NCBI GenBank assembly: GCA_951406725.2
Contig: OX597831.1
Location: forward strand, 9,424,001 to 9,488,000
Length of the DNA stretch: 64,000 nucleotides
Origin: Octopus vulgaris
Lineage: Eukaryota
Reading direction: 5' to 3'
Below the pieces are notes generated by a model that was given only the letters and a program-made list of their open reading frames with translations, made no database searches and had not been told where the DNA came from. Positions 63,484 to 64,000 of the stretch are shown here, one piece after another. Position numbers and translations under genes: made by a program. Every line of letters begins with the position of its first letter. The first letter of the stretch is position 1.

Positions 63484-64000
63484 CATGATTTTGGTTTTTG
63501 TGATAAAGATCAATACATACGTTTGCTAAATTACGAATATAAAGAAACCATAGGAAACCTGCTCGAGAATGCCCACCGCTAGAAAAGTTTCTTCACAACG
63601 ATATAATAAAAAATGACCGAATGGATGCTAACACGATGGCCGAAACTTTAGAAAATGTTCAAAGCGCTGAGTGACTAATGTCCGAACAACGTTTTAAAAT
63701 CATTGTGAGGATATTTTTAAGAATGTGGTTATCTCTATCATTACAGGTGAACTGTGAACGTCTTAACTCCATTCGTACCATTTAATTAAAGGAACATAAA
63801 CAGATATTCATGTTCGCCATATTGCTTTTATTTCGGCAGCCTGCGTGAAATAATTCTTTCGAGTAGCAGCTCTATTATACATCACTTTATAATAACCCCG
63901 TCTTCCTACGTCGATAGTTGGGACTCTATTATCATTGGTGTTATAAGCAATAATTATTCTGTACAAGCAAGTTGTCTGTCTTTATGACACTTTTACAAGA

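Overview
AT-rich, microsatellite-saturated eukaryotic non-coding DNA (intronic or intergenic). The SINE/LINE repertoire and repeat style suggest a mollusc, probably Octopus; this is inference, not a database result. No intact host protein-coding gene is supportable: nearly all listed ORFs are translations of (TA)n, (CA)n, (AAT)n and (GAT)n tracts. The window holds dozens of tRNA-derived SINE copies (at least 5 families), several 5'-truncated or decayed R4/Dong-type RLE retrotransposons sitting in (AAT)n, a HERO-like remnant and an RTE-derived remnant. The striking unannotated signal is a dense set of hammerhead-ribozyme (HHR) elements read by eye at about 11 loci from at least 6 unrelated sequence families. 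Most sit in Penelope-like fold-back (inverted) structures or next to (TA)n, and each family has its own palindromic stem III. The best example (56302-57534) is a young tandem array of 362-bp units, each carrying a type I HHR with a U3-A8 covariant core at the tip of a long rod-like stem, i.e. a retrozyme-like/Penelope-pLTR system predicted to release 362-nt RNAs that could circularise. A diverged family (34326-34753, 47416-47714) shares a covarying RNA structure at the same distance from its HHR. A tRNA-headed SINE with an HHR tail (54096-54492) is also present. All structures were folded by eye; activity is untested.
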